Shown in pieces: positions 7,811 to 17,182 of a stretch of 27,358 nt of DNA. Source of the stretch: Promethearchaeota archaeon (lineage in GTDB: Archaea > Asgardarchaeota > Lokiarchaeia > Sigyniarchaeales > SOKP01); the NCBI GenBank assembly GCA_019058015.1, contig JAHLWH010000123.1:1-27358 (forward strand). The letters are read 5' to 3'. The first letter of the stretch is position 1; the number at the start of each line of letters is the position of its first letter. The notes under the pieces were generated by a model, which did no database searches, was not told the origin of the DNA, and was given only the letters and a program-made list of their open reading frames with translations. The translations under genes and the position numbers were made by a program.

Positions 7811-8541
7811 TGAGCTCAAAAGAAATTTTGGCTTTAATAGAACAATTTGAAGGTGCATTAGATACATATAAGCAATCTCTACAGAAAAATAATGAAGAAA
7901 TTATCCAGCATTTAAGTTTGACTTGGAAAAATATGCAATCTGAACAAAAAGAAATTAAAAAATTAGAAGATACAATACATGAACAAAATTCTGAAACAAC
8001 TGAATTAAAGATCAAATCTGAAGAATTAGATAAAAAAGTCATGGACCTAAAGTCAAAAAGAGATGAATTAACCACAAAAATTACAGAGTTAAATAAAAAC
8101 CTTGAAACAGCTACCGATGAGTTGAAAAAACCACAGTTTGAATTAGAAAATCTTATCTCAAAACTAGATTCTTTAAATGAAAAAATTACTACAAAAGAAT
8201 CTGAAAAAACTAAGTTGGATCAAATAAAACTTGATAATGAACGTAGGGAGATTGAACTAAAAACTACTTTTTCCAAAGAAAAATTGGAAGAGCTAGATAA
8301 TAAATTAAGCCAACTAAAAAGTGATAATTTCTTTGTATCATTTCTAATGGAATATTCAGATGAAGAGATCCCTGAAGTTGAGATTATCACAACCATTATG
8401 CAAAAGGGTAGTTGTAAGCTTGATGATTTGAAAAAGAAACTTGATGTACCTCCGATTATGGCTGTTCGGACGATTAAACAACTAGCTGTAAAAGGTATAA
8501 TCAATCTCGATGAAACTAATAATACTGTCTCCATGCTTTAA
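7810..8541 (+). CDS. Long coiled-coil protein with C-terminal winged-helix domain
   Basis: Same architecture as the upstream gene; CKLDDLKKKLDVPPIMAVRTIKQLAVKGII. Stop and start overlap as TAATG. Confidence 0.8.
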   Translation: MSSKEILALIEQFEGALDTYKQSLQKNNEEIIQHLSLTWKNMQSEQKEIKKLEDTIHEQNSETTELKIKSEELDKKVMDLKSKRDELTTKITELNKNLETATDELKKPQFELENLISKLDSLNEKITTKESEKTKLDQIKLDNERREIELKTTFSKEKLEELDNKLSQLKSDNFFVSFLMEYSDEEIPEVEIITTIMQKGSCKLDDLKKKLDVPPIMAVRTIKQLAVKGIINLDETNNTVSML

Positions 8542-8584
8542 AATTCTTTTTATTTTAAAACTTGCTTTTTTCTCGATTTCTTTA

Positions 8585-9130
8585 TTATTCTAAAAGCATT
8601 TGAATAAGATCTGATTTAATCTCATCAAAATTATTACGATTCAAATTATATAATTTGATATCCTTCATTTGAAGTAGCATTTCTTTAATTGGATGCCTTA
8701 ACTTTTGACCTATTGTTGCCAATATTGAATTATTGGATTTAAAGATTTCAGAAATCAAGGAGATAAACTTTTTAGAATATAATTCCATTTTTCCTATCTC
8801 ATCTATTATTATTAGATTATTAGAATTGTTAATTGAAAAGCTTTCAAAACATTTTTCGAGAAACTGTTCAAACTCATCAACAAATACATTATAATTACCC
8901 ACCATAAATTTAGTTTTTTTATTTAATTTACGAGATAACCAACATTCATTTTTTAAATTTATATCAATTGCTCTAAATCCTATCCGTTTTTGACCTTTTT
9001 TAACCTCAGTAGTTATAAAACCAAAAATTTTAATATTCATTTTTTTAAGTTGAATAGAGATCTGAGAAACAAAAGTTGTTTTACCACATCTAGGAGGACC
9101 AGTTATTAAAATTTTAAGCCTTTTACTCAT
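8585..9130 (-). CDS. Nucleoside-triphosphatase, THEP1/NTPase_1 family
   Basis: ILITGPPRCGKTT, GFITTEV..RIGF, IIIDEIGKME. Confidence 0.92.
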   Translation of the reverse strand: MSKRLKILITGPPRCGKTTFVSQISIQLKKMNIKIFGFITTEVKKGQKRIGFRAIDINLKNECWLSRKLNKKTKFMVGNYNVFVDEFEQFLEKCFESFSINNSNNLIIIDEIGKMELYSKKFISLISEIFKSNNSILATIGQKLRHPIKEMLLQMKDIKLYNLNRNNFDEIKSDLIQMLLE

Positions 9131-9376
9131 CTTTTTTAATAATCGATTTTGTTAATTCTAAATATTTAAAAAATTACTGAAATTTTAAAAAAATTGGTTA
9201 ATTATATTATTTATAGAAATACACCTAAAACTCTTAAATTTTTAATTTTATTTTCAAAAAATCAAATTAGGAGAATGATCCATAATATTAGAAATCACAA
9301 TTGAAACAACTCAATTTTCTTATATATTAATCCCCTTATTACAAATTCTATTCTAAAAAATTAATAGAAGTCTAAA

Positions 9377-9877
9377 ATGACAAGTGAAATAGTAGATAAT
9401 ATAATTCGGTTAAAAAGCCAAGGGTTAACAATAGAACAAATTTCAATATCAATAGGCTTTCCAGTGACATTAATATCTAAAATTTTAAATACTCCAATGG
9501 CATGTAAAAAACTTGAAAAAAAATTAAAAAAAATAAAAAAAAATAAGATAAAAATAAAAAAATTTTCTAAATTGAAAAAAGAACAAACACTACTATTGCA
9601 AAAACATAGGCTAGAACTAAAATTTGATCTTATTTGTTTAAATAATCATAAATTTACTAGAAAAGGAGAAGATTCTCATAAGAGACTTATATTTATTGAT
9701 TATAAATGCAATAAAACAATTAAATTTTATTACAAATTTGATATGAAGGCTTCAAAAGGGGAATTTATTCTTGAATGTTGTAATTCTCAAATGGAGATGT
9801 TAAGTTCAAGTGCGTATTATATTTTTTATTGCCCTTTTTGTAAATTCAAACTCAAATTAATTGAAAAATTAGATTAA
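9377..9877 (+). CDS. HTH plus Cys-rich (zinc-binding) hypothetical protein
   Basis: N-terminal LKSQGLTIEQISISIGFPVTLISKIL HTH pattern, Lys-rich linker, and CLNNH, CC and CPFC motifs. Confidence 0.6.
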   Translation: MTSEIVDNIIRLKSQGLTIEQISISIGFPVTLISKILNTPMACKKLEKKLKKIKKNKIKIKKFSKLKKEQTLLLQKHRLELKFDLICLNNHKFTRKGEDSHKRLIFIDYKCNKTIKFYYKFDMKASKGEFILECCNSQMEMLSSSAYYIFYCPFCKFKLKLIEKLD

Positions 9878-9922
9878 TTCTACTTGTAAGATAGGATAGA
9901 TAATATTGGGTATGAAAAGTAC

Positions 9923-10243
9923 TTAAATATTATTTGAACTCTCAATTGAAAAATTCTTAAAACATTTCTCAAGAAAATCATCAAATTCATCAATAAACAC
10001 ATTATAATTGCCCACCATGTATTGAGTTTTTCTATTGATTTTTCGAGATAACCAACATTCATTGTTTGTATTGATATCAATTGCTCTAAATCCTATCCTT
10101 TTTTGATCTTTTTTAACTTCTATAGTAATGAATCCAAAAATATTTTTGTTCTTATTTTTAAGTTCAGAAGAAATCTTAGAAATTAAAGTAGTTTTTCCAC
10201 ATCGGGGAGGGCCAGTAATTAATATTTTTGAATACTTTTTCAT
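9923..10243 (-). pseudogene. 5' fragment of a second THEP1-family NTPase, truncated just before Walker B
   Basis: Colinear with the first ~106 aa of 8585..9130 (about 70% aa identity by eye); stops at SSNNI and homology does not resume. Confidence 0.85.
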
Positions 10244-10339
10244 ATTTTCTAACAATCCTTTAGTTATATAAATTAAATTTTTATTTTTTAAAATTTAAAT
10301 CAATACTTTTAAGAGATACCTATAATAAAATTTCATATA

Positions 10340-11362
10340 ATGATTGAATTTCGAATAATATTATTATCTTTTATTCTAACTGTCTCTATATATGCAAATT
10401 ACCTTTTATTTTTAATCAATTTCATTTTTGGGTTTTTATTCTTGGCAGTATTAATTATCAATACTCTATCATTACTAATAATATATTCCAAATATTTATG
10501 TTGGCCATATCACAAATGGATTTCTACTTCTTTAGTAAATATTCAAAAAGTTGAAATTCCTTCAAAAATCCAGGGTAAATATCTCAAAGGTTTAGTTATT
10601 AGAGATAAAAGAAGTGATCCAAAAGAAAAACAGATTGGAATTTTATTTCATCATGGATATTCTGGTCAAAAAGAGAAAAATTTTCACTTTATTATTCCTT
10701 TAGCCTTAAATGGATGTACAGTTTTATGTTATGACGCAAGAGGACACGGAGAATCAAAAAATAAGGCTTTTAATTCGAATGATTTTGTAGGAATCATGTC
10801 TGATGTTAAAAATGCAATTGATTTTTTAGAGAATATGGATAGGGTTGATAAAGATCGATTAATTATGATGGGCCATTCAATAGGTGCAATTGCGGCTTTA
10901 TCCCAAGGATATCAAGATAAAAGACTAAAAAAAATTGTAGGATTAGCATCATCTTATGATTTATTAGATCTTTTTAATAAATATAAACGAAAAATATACT
11001 CAGTGACTGGTATCTTTCTTAAAATTATTAAAAGAAAAATTACAAAAAATTTAACGGTACCACTGGAAGAAATTAATAAAGAAATGTCCCCAAGATATTT
11101 TTTTGATAAAAAAAACTCCCTTCCCAATAAAGATAGAGTATATCTTGTGCATTGTAAAAAAGACATACAAATTGATTTTGAGGAAGCCTTAAAAATAAAA
11201 GAAATCTTAAAATTGCCCAATGAAAATGTTCTATTTTTAGAGAAACCAGAAAGAAAATATCTTAATTCTCATAGTTTTATGGGTCAAGCAACGATTATAA
11301 GTGATTTCCTAATAAAAGTCGCAAATGGTTTAAAAAGAAAAGATTTTCCAACATCTGTTTGA
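10340..11362 (+). CDS. Membrane-anchored alpha/beta hydrolase
   Basis: Two N-terminal TM segments, HHGY, YDARGHGES, nucleophile GHSIG, and putative Asp (KKD) and His (NSHSF). Confidence 0.9.
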   Translation: MIEFRIILLSFILTVSIYANYLLFLINFIFGFLFLAVLIINTLSLLIIYSKYLCWPYHKWISTSLVNIQKVEIPSKIQGKYLKGLVIRDKRSDPKEKQIGILFHHGYSGQKEKNFHFIIPLALNGCTVLCYDARGHGESKNKAFNSNDFVGIMSDVKNAIDFLENMDRVDKDRLIMMGHSIGAIAALSQGYQDKRLKKIVGLASSYDLLDLFNKYKRKIYSVTGIFLKIIKRKITKNLTVPLEEINKEMSPRYFFDKKNSLPNKDRVYLVHCKKDIQIDFEEALKIKEILKLPNENVLFLEKPERKYLNSHSFMGQATIISDFLIKVANGLKRKDFPTSV

Positions 11363-11613
11363 AATCCACTTTAGTAGATGTTATGTAAAAATCTTGATAT
11401 AAATTATTGATTTTTATGATCTTGAGAAATCTAAATTTAATTCAAATTAATTTCTTTATTTTTTTTGAAATTGATATAACTTAAAAATGGAAAACGTATA
11501 AATATAATAAATATAAAATAATTTATATTATAATCAATTTAAATTAATTATAAAATTAGGATTAAAAAATAGCGATCCAAATTTAAAAAAGTATAATTTC
11601 CAATAAGAGAGGA

Positions 11614-11889
11614 TTGAAAAGAATGCCTAAAAAAGAACTGTTTATAAAACGCGTTTATGAAATAGTCAATGAATTGAAAATACCACTCATAGATGAACGA
11701 GTTTATGAAGATGTAAGTTTTTCTGGAAAATTAGCGATAGCGAGTGTAAGATTTACATTTGAAGAAGATGAATCTGTTATAAGAGGGTTTTTGGGTTTAG
11801 CCGAGTATTTCCACACAGTTGTTATTAAATCTAAGGATAAATTTTTCATACCCCATGCTTCAATACTCTTTCAGCTTCAATCGGCGTAA
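11614..11889 (+). CDS. Hypothetical protein (start possibly ATG 11623)
   Basis: Compact alpha/beta-looking ORF with GAGGA upstream and a T-tract downstream. Confidence 0.7.
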   Translation: MKRMPKKELFIKRVYEIVNELKIPLIDERVYEDVSFSGKLAIASVRFTFEEDESVIRGFLGLAEYFHTVVIKSKDKFFIPHASILFQLQSA

Positions 11890-12159
11890 TTCCATTATTT
11901 TTCTTTTTTTAATTTCCCTATAGTGTCATTTTCTCGTAATTTAAATAATTTAATTAAATCAAAATTAAAAATCACATAATTAGTTTAAATAAAACCTTAT
12001 AAGTTTTTAAAATGAGACTCTTATAATATTGTGATATTTTATACATTTAATTAATTTTTTAAGCCGAAAAAATATAAATACCATATAAATTTAAAAAATT
12101 TAATTTCATATATAATATTAAATTAAATGATTATTATTTTATAATTTGAGTGATTATTT

Positions 12160-12804
12160 TTGCCTTCTGATGAGAAAACAATTACACGGGTTATCAAGTA
12201 TCTACGTAAAAGCTTAGGTGATTTATCTGAAGTTTTACAAGATACAGTTGATCAAATAAATGACTTTGGTAAATCCTTGAAAAAAGCAGAGAATGATATT
12301 AAAGGAGTAAAAGTTGAAAAAGGAAAAACAATTAGTTCTTCTTCAGTAAAGCTAACTCCGGAAGTAGAAGCTGGTGGTACTGCAAAAACACAAGCCGCAT
12401 CTACTTTATTCGCTTTATTGGGTGGAGGTGGCGCAAAAACTACTGCCGCTCCAGTAGCTGCAGCAACACCATCTGCACCATTATCAGGACCGCCTAAAAG
12501 ACCAGGACCACCTACAAAAGCTGGGCCACCTGCTAAATCAGGACCACCTTCAAAAAGTTTACCTCCCCCACCAAAATTGCCACCAGCTCCAGGACAAGCA
12601 GGACCACCTGCTAAGTCTGGTGCAGTAGTTTCAGCTCCTTCATTTGCAAAACGTGCCGGACCTCCTGTAGCACCATCTCTTGGAACAACTCCAGCTGCAC
12701 CTAGTCCAGCTGTTGCATCCCAAGCAGGAGGAAGTTTAAGTACTCTAAGAGATGAAATGTTAGATGAATTAAATCGTTTAAAAAAGATTATGCGCGGAGA
12801 TTAA
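12160..12804 (+). CDS. Proline-rich protein: N-terminal coiled coil, GPP/PPPP linker, C-terminal WH2/VASP-like helix
   Basis: GTGA RBS 6 nt before TTG; repeated (A/S)GPP(A/T/S)K units; LPPPPKLPP; tail LRDEMLDELNRLKKIM. Confidence 0.8.
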   Translation: MPSDEKTITRVIKYLRKSLGDLSEVLQDTVDQINDFGKSLKKAENDIKGVKVEKGKTISSSSVKLTPEVEAGGTAKTQAASTLFALLGGGGAKTTAAPVAAATPSAPLSGPPKRPGPPTKAGPPAKSGPPSKSLPPPPKLPPAPGQAGPPAKSGAVVSAPSFAKRAGPPVAPSLGTTPAAPSPAVASQAGGSLSTLRDEMLDELNRLKKIMRGD

Positions 12805-12979
12805 ATACTTATTATTTAATTTTATATTTAGTTTGATTAATAATTAAGATACTTTAACTTAAATTGAAGTAGTTGTTGGATTTTAAAAATTTTCTTCAAG
12901 TTTTTAATTATTAATTTATTAATCTGAGAGTGTTTTTTTTTAATAAATTTTTAATATTACAGCAAGAAAGTTATATCAT

Positions 12980-13726
12980 ATGCCAGAAAAGCGTTTTATT
13001 ATATGTGAAGATGATGTTCCAATAGTTGTTCCTAAGAGAATTATGGTTTTTGCAGGACATCCGGATGATGAAATAGTAAGTTGCGGTGGAACACTCCTAA
13101 AATACTTGGAAATGGGCTCGGAAATTTGTGTTGTTGTTGCTACTGCTGGATTAGGAGGATATGCTAAGAAAGAACAAGAAGATACTATTTCAACTCAAAG
13201 AGAAAATGAATTAAAAAAATTATCAGAAATTTTAAGATGTGAATTTATAGAGTTAGAATATACTTCTTTAGAAATAAATCGTTCGAAAATATCACATATT
13301 ACAAATTTGATTAGAGATTATAAACCTCATTTAATCCTAATACCTCATCACACTGATTTTCATCGAGTGCACCGAAATTTGTCATTCATTTCTCGGGAGG
13401 CAATATATCATTGTTGTACTGGCAAAGCATATGGAGGACATGAACGATCTTGGATACCATACGGTGTTTATTATTATGAGAGTCCTTCTTGCAAGTTTCA
13501 ATATATTGAAAGTTCAGTCTTTATTATCGTAGATATTGAAGAATATTGGGAAAAGAAAAAAGAAATATTTAATCAAGTTTATGTCTCACAAAAAGAAGTA
13601 TTATCGCGCGTTTTAGATTGGGCAGAGGACACCGCTATATTAAGGGGAAATGAAATAAATTCAAAGTATGGTGAGGGATATATCCCAGAAACTACATATG
13701 TACCGTTAAGGATATTATTAGTTTAA
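12980..13726 (+). CDS. PIG-L/LmbE family deacetylase
   Basis: VFAGHPDDE..CGGTL, RENE, DFHRVH, VDI..WEKK. Confidence 0.92.
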   Translation: MPEKRFIICEDDVPIVVPKRIMVFAGHPDDEIVSCGGTLLKYLEMGSEICVVVATAGLGGYAKKEQEDTISTQRENELKKLSEILRCEFIELEYTSLEINRSKISHITNLIRDYKPHLILIPHHTDFHRVHRNLSFISREAIYHCCTGKAYGGHERSWIPYGVYYYESPSCKFQYIESSVFIIVDIEEYWEKKKEIFNQVYVSQKEVLSRVLDWAEDTAILRGNEINSKYGEGYIPETTYVPLRILLV

Positions 13727-13768
13727 AAAAAGATAAAATTTAATATGTATTTCAATTAGTTTAAATTA

Positions 13769-14908
13769 TTGAGGGAAGAAATAGAAATAATGGGAAATGT
13801 AACAATAATCTTGGACATAGGACAATTTTCAACAAAAATTGGTTTTGCCGGTGAAGATCATCCGAATAATGTTTTTTTTACATTAGTGGGGTTACCGAAA
13901 TACCAAAATGTAGATCTTACATTAAGCAATCAGATTAGTGAATTATGTATAGGTAATGAAATCCAAGATGCAATGGGGTTGTATAAGCTCTTCCATCCGA
14001 TACAGAATGGTAGAATTCAGGATTGGAATTATTATAAAAAAATTCTTGAGTATATATTTTATAATCTACGTGTTGATCCAATTGTAACTAATGTATTATA
14101 TGCTGTCCATCCTTTAAGTCCAAAACAAGATAAAAGAAGACTATTTGAGATATTTTTAGAAAAATTTAATTGTGCTAGTTTTTATCCAGTTTTAGATTCA
14201 CTTCTAACGCTTTATTCGGGCGGGTTTCAAACAGGTTTGATTATTGAAATTGGAGATAGTGGCACTAGAATTGTTCCAGTTTATGAAGGTTTTCAGCTAT
14301 CGCATGCTATTAAGATATTAGACCTTGGGGGTAATTTGATTACTGAGTTTATGGAATATCAATTAAAACAAGCTGGATTTACTGCAGATTCATCTGTTAA
14401 GAAACAAATTATCCGAGTTATCAAAGAAAAAGCATGTTTTATTTCATTGGATTTTAAGGAAGATATGAAACGTTATGAAGAATATAGAAAACAATTCTCA
14501 TTACCAGATGGTGAAATCTTAGAAATAGATAAGCTTAGATTTTTAATTCCTGAATTAATCTTTAATCCCTCACTTTATAATTTAGAAATTTCTCCATTAC
14601 ATAAAGCAATTTTAGAATGCATAGAAGAGTGTGATGTAAATATTAGACCAAAATTACTAGGCAATATTTTTCTTTCCGGGGGTTCATCAATGTTTCCAAA
14701 TTTTAAGTCTAGACTCTATAAGGAATTAGAATTATCTTTGGCTAAAAAGAAAAAGAAAATGCAAATTGTTAAAATAATTGCTCCTAAAGAACGTATGTTT
14801 TCGGTTTGGATTGGAGGATCAATATTAGGAATGATCCCTGAATTTTCAGAAAGTTGGGTTACGCGAGATCAATATTATAATGATGATATTCCAGAAAATT
14901 TATTGTAG
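13769..14908 (+). CDS. Actin-family protein (Asgard actin-related; start probably ATG 13790)
   Basis: IILDIGQFSTKIGFAGED, HPIQNGRIQDW, EIGDSGTRIVPVYEG, IKEKACF, LPDG, LSGGSSMFP, SVWIGGSIL. Confidence 0.95.
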   Translation: MREEIEIMGNVTIILDIGQFSTKIGFAGEDHPNNVFFTLVGLPKYQNVDLTLSNQISELCIGNEIQDAMGLYKLFHPIQNGRIQDWNYYKKILEYIFYNLRVDPIVTNVLYAVHPLSPKQDKRRLFEIFLEKFNCASFYPVLDSLLTLYSGGFQTGLIIEIGDSGTRIVPVYEGFQLSHAIKILDLGGNLITEFMEYQLKQAGFTADSSVKKQIIRVIKEKACFISLDFKEDMKRYEEYRKQFSLPDGEILEIDKLRFLIPELIFNPSLYNLEISPLHKAILECIEECDVNIRPKLLGNIFLSGGSSMFPNFKSRLYKELELSLAKKKKKMQIVKIIAPKERMFSVWIGGSILGMIPEFSESWVTRDQYYNDDIPENLL

Positions 14909-14920
14909 TATATTAATTAA

Positions 14921-15182
14921 TTAAATTTTTATCTTAAATGGTAATTTATAATAGGGCGTTTTAAATTTTAGTATCTCATTAAATATTCTGAGATTGGGCT
15001 TATATACTTGAAGATAAGGGGGTTATTCATTTCTTTTATGATCTATTTTAGATATAAAAGTATGAGGTATATTAGCATGTACTTTTATACTTATCCCAAT
15101 TTGATATTCAAGTGCAATTAAATCATCAACTATTAAATTTTTAATTGTCTCGTTAATTCTTGAAATTCTCTTTTCATAATTC
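14921..15182 (-). pseudogene. 3' fragment duplicate of gene 15552..16133
   Basis: About 262-bp direct repeat of 15552-15813 with about 26 mismatches by eye; in-frame TAA at 15023-15025; no 5' part. Confidence 0.9.
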
Positions 15183-15361
15183 CTTTTCTAAGTATTGCAG
15201 GTGATTACAGGTGATAAGTTTCTTTTCATTCTTATCAGTACAAGTTATTTATTATATATGTGCTTAAAATAACATAAATTTTTAGTACTAGAAAAGTTCT
15301 AGATTTAATAGTCACAAAAGGTACTTTAAGTTTACAATAAAATAGAATATGTGATAGTAAA

Positions 15362-15514
15362 ATGCCAATTTGCCCGTATTGTGAAGAAGATATTTCCATA
15401 AAAGATCTTGATATAGAAGAAAAAGCATTGATGGGAGTATACCATAAATTTAAAATGTATAGTTGTTCTAAATGTAAAAAAATATTAGGATTCTCTGAAA
15501 GCTGGGGAGAATAA
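15362..15514 (+). CDS. 50-aa zinc-ribbon microprotein (absent from the ORF track)
   Basis: Manual translation MPICPYCEEDISIKDLDIEEKALMGVYHKFKMYSCSKCKKILGFSESWGE; two CxxC motifs; GTGA upstream. Confidence 0.85.
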   Translation: MPICPYCEEDISIKDLDIEEKALMGVYHKFKMYSCSKCKKILGFSESWGE

Positions 15515-15551
15515 GATATTTCTAAAACTTTTTTTTTAATTATCTTAAAAA

Positions 15552-16133
15552 TTAAATTTTTATCTTAAATGGTAATTTATAATAGGGTGTTTTAAATTTT
15601 AGCACTTCATTAAATATTCTGAGATTGGGCTCATATACTTGAAGGTAAGGTGGTTTTTCATTTCTTTTAGGATTTATTTTAGATATAAAAGTGTGAGGGA
15701 CATTAGCATTTACTTTTATACTAACACCAATTTGATATTCAAATGCAATTAAATCATCCACTGTTAAATTATTAATTATCTCATTAATTTTCAAAATTCT
15801 CTTTTCATAATTCATTATGTTTAATCTAGAGATAATTCGGTTGGCTAGGTTAGGCACAATTAAATAAGCTATCCCTAATGCTTTCTCTTTTGAAATTAAT
15901 TGCACAACCCATTCGGGAAATGGATGGCTTTCTAAATATTGTTCTTCTTCAATATTTAGAACTAAATCACCAACTAAAAAAGTCCCACCTTTATCAAAAT
16001 TAAATCTAGGTTTGAAATTTTTTAAACCTGGTGGAGCAAGTTGAATTTCAAATAAATGTTTGAAATTTTCTTCTCTTTCAATATAATCTTTTAATCTAAT
16101 AATAGATTTTATATTATTAACATTCTCAGACAT
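15552..16133 (-). CDS. Cupin-fold protein, ureidoglycolate lyase (AllA)-like
   Basis: LESHP..E and LIAFEYQIGVSIKVNANVPH resemble the LERHP and L.AF...G...GVWH motifs of that family. Confidence 0.55.
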   Translation of the reverse strand: MSENVNNIKSIIRLKDYIEREENFKHLFEIQLAPPGLKNFKPRFNFDKGGTFLVGDLVLNIEEEQYLESHPFPEWVVQLISKEKALGIAYLIVPNLANRIISRLNIMNYEKRILKINEIINNLTVDDLIAFEYQIGVSIKVNANVPHTFISKINPKRNEKPPYLQVYEPNLRIFNEVLKFKTPYYKLPFKIKI

Positions 16134-16253
16134 TTTTTCAACACTTCAATTATATAAAATTAAATGTAATATCTGAATATTATCTTATTTTTAATTTTTT
16201 TAGAAATTATTAATATTTAATTTTAATTCAAAATTAATGGTTTTGAAAAAGAA

Positions 16254-16598
16254 ATGGATAATATTGATGATTTATCTAAAATTGAGGATATATATTATAA
16301 ACCTAATTACACAATGTTATTAAATCGTATTCAAAGAATTAAAGATGCTAGAAAAAATAAACTCATAGAAATCATGTTAGACGGCCATTGGCATTCAGAA
16401 AATGAATTAGTTAGGTTTGCAAAAAGATTTGGCTATATTGGTGTGGTAACATTAAGTACAATGATGACTTCCTTAAAAAAAAAAATTGATTCAAATTTTT
16501 TAATTAGAAAATCTGTAAATAATATGAATTATTACAAGATTTCGGATAATTATGTTGGGTTAGCACGTGCAGCCTTCACAGATTATAGATCTCTATAA
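16254..16598 (+). CDS. Hypothetical protein, probable winged-helix
   Basis: LIEIMLDGHWHSENEL, then a helix and a LIRK..YYKI wing pattern. Confidence 0.65.
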   Translation: MDNIDDLSKIEDIYYKPNYTMLLNRIQRIKDARKNKLIEIMLDGHWHSENELVRFAKRFGYIGVVTLSTMMTSLKKKIDSNFLIRKSVNNMNYYKISDNYVGLARAAFTDYRSL

Positions 16599-16658
16599 TA
16601 ATGTGTATCTTTTTTTTTAAATTCTCAAGAAAATAGAATTAATTTAGAAAAGGTTATT

Positions 16659-17138
16659 TTAGGACTTTTTTAAAATTTTTATCGAAATTATATTTAAAAC
16701 AAGGATTATATATAGTAAATAATATCCAAATCCAAAAAATGCAGTAGATAAGCTATTAAATATAACAAAAATATAATCTAAAGTATAAATAAATAAGGTT
16801 AGCAATATAAATAATATATTAAACTTATATAGTTTTTTTGAATGTTTAGGATTTGATTTAGGGGACGATGCCATTATTCCAAACAATCCAGTTAGAAAAA
16901 ATAGCAGCCAAATAGATATTGCTATGAAATTTTCAATCGAACTAAATCCAAGTGATGTATATCCAATATCATTAGAAATATAGCCCCAAGAAAAGTATTC
17001 TACATTATTAATGATCAAAATTGAAAAATTTAAGATGGAATTAGCTGTCTCATTTGAAAAACTAAATGGAACACCTGCAATAAACGCTAATATTATTGAA
17101 AGGAATCCAGCTGCAAATCCAGTTTTTCTTAATTTCAT
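16659..17138 (-). CDS. Four-TM membrane protein
   Basis: Four hydrophobic segments; first loop with FSWG; last TM preceded by FGFGYYLL. Confidence 0.75.
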   Translation of the reverse strand: MKLRKTGFAAGFLSIILAFIAGVPFSFSNETANSILNFSILIINNVEYFSWGYISNDIGYTSLGFSSIENFIAISIWLLFFLTGLFGIMASSPKSNPKHSKKLYKFNILFILLTLFIYTLDYIFVIFNSLSTAFFGFGYYLLYIILVLNIISIKILKKS

Positions 17139-17182
17139 TTTAAATTTTCTCCAACATATTCTACTTTTGATTTACTTTATAT

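Noticed and set aside
9880-10080. 66-aa ORF as a frameshifted continuation of the NTPase fragment
   Set aside because: Its translation does not restore the Walker B or C-terminal sequence; it is an alternate-frame artefact.
14921-15813. DGR template/variable repeat pair (repeat of a gene's 3' end)
   Set aside because: Mismatches involve all bases rather than adenines only, and no reverse transcriptase is present in the window.
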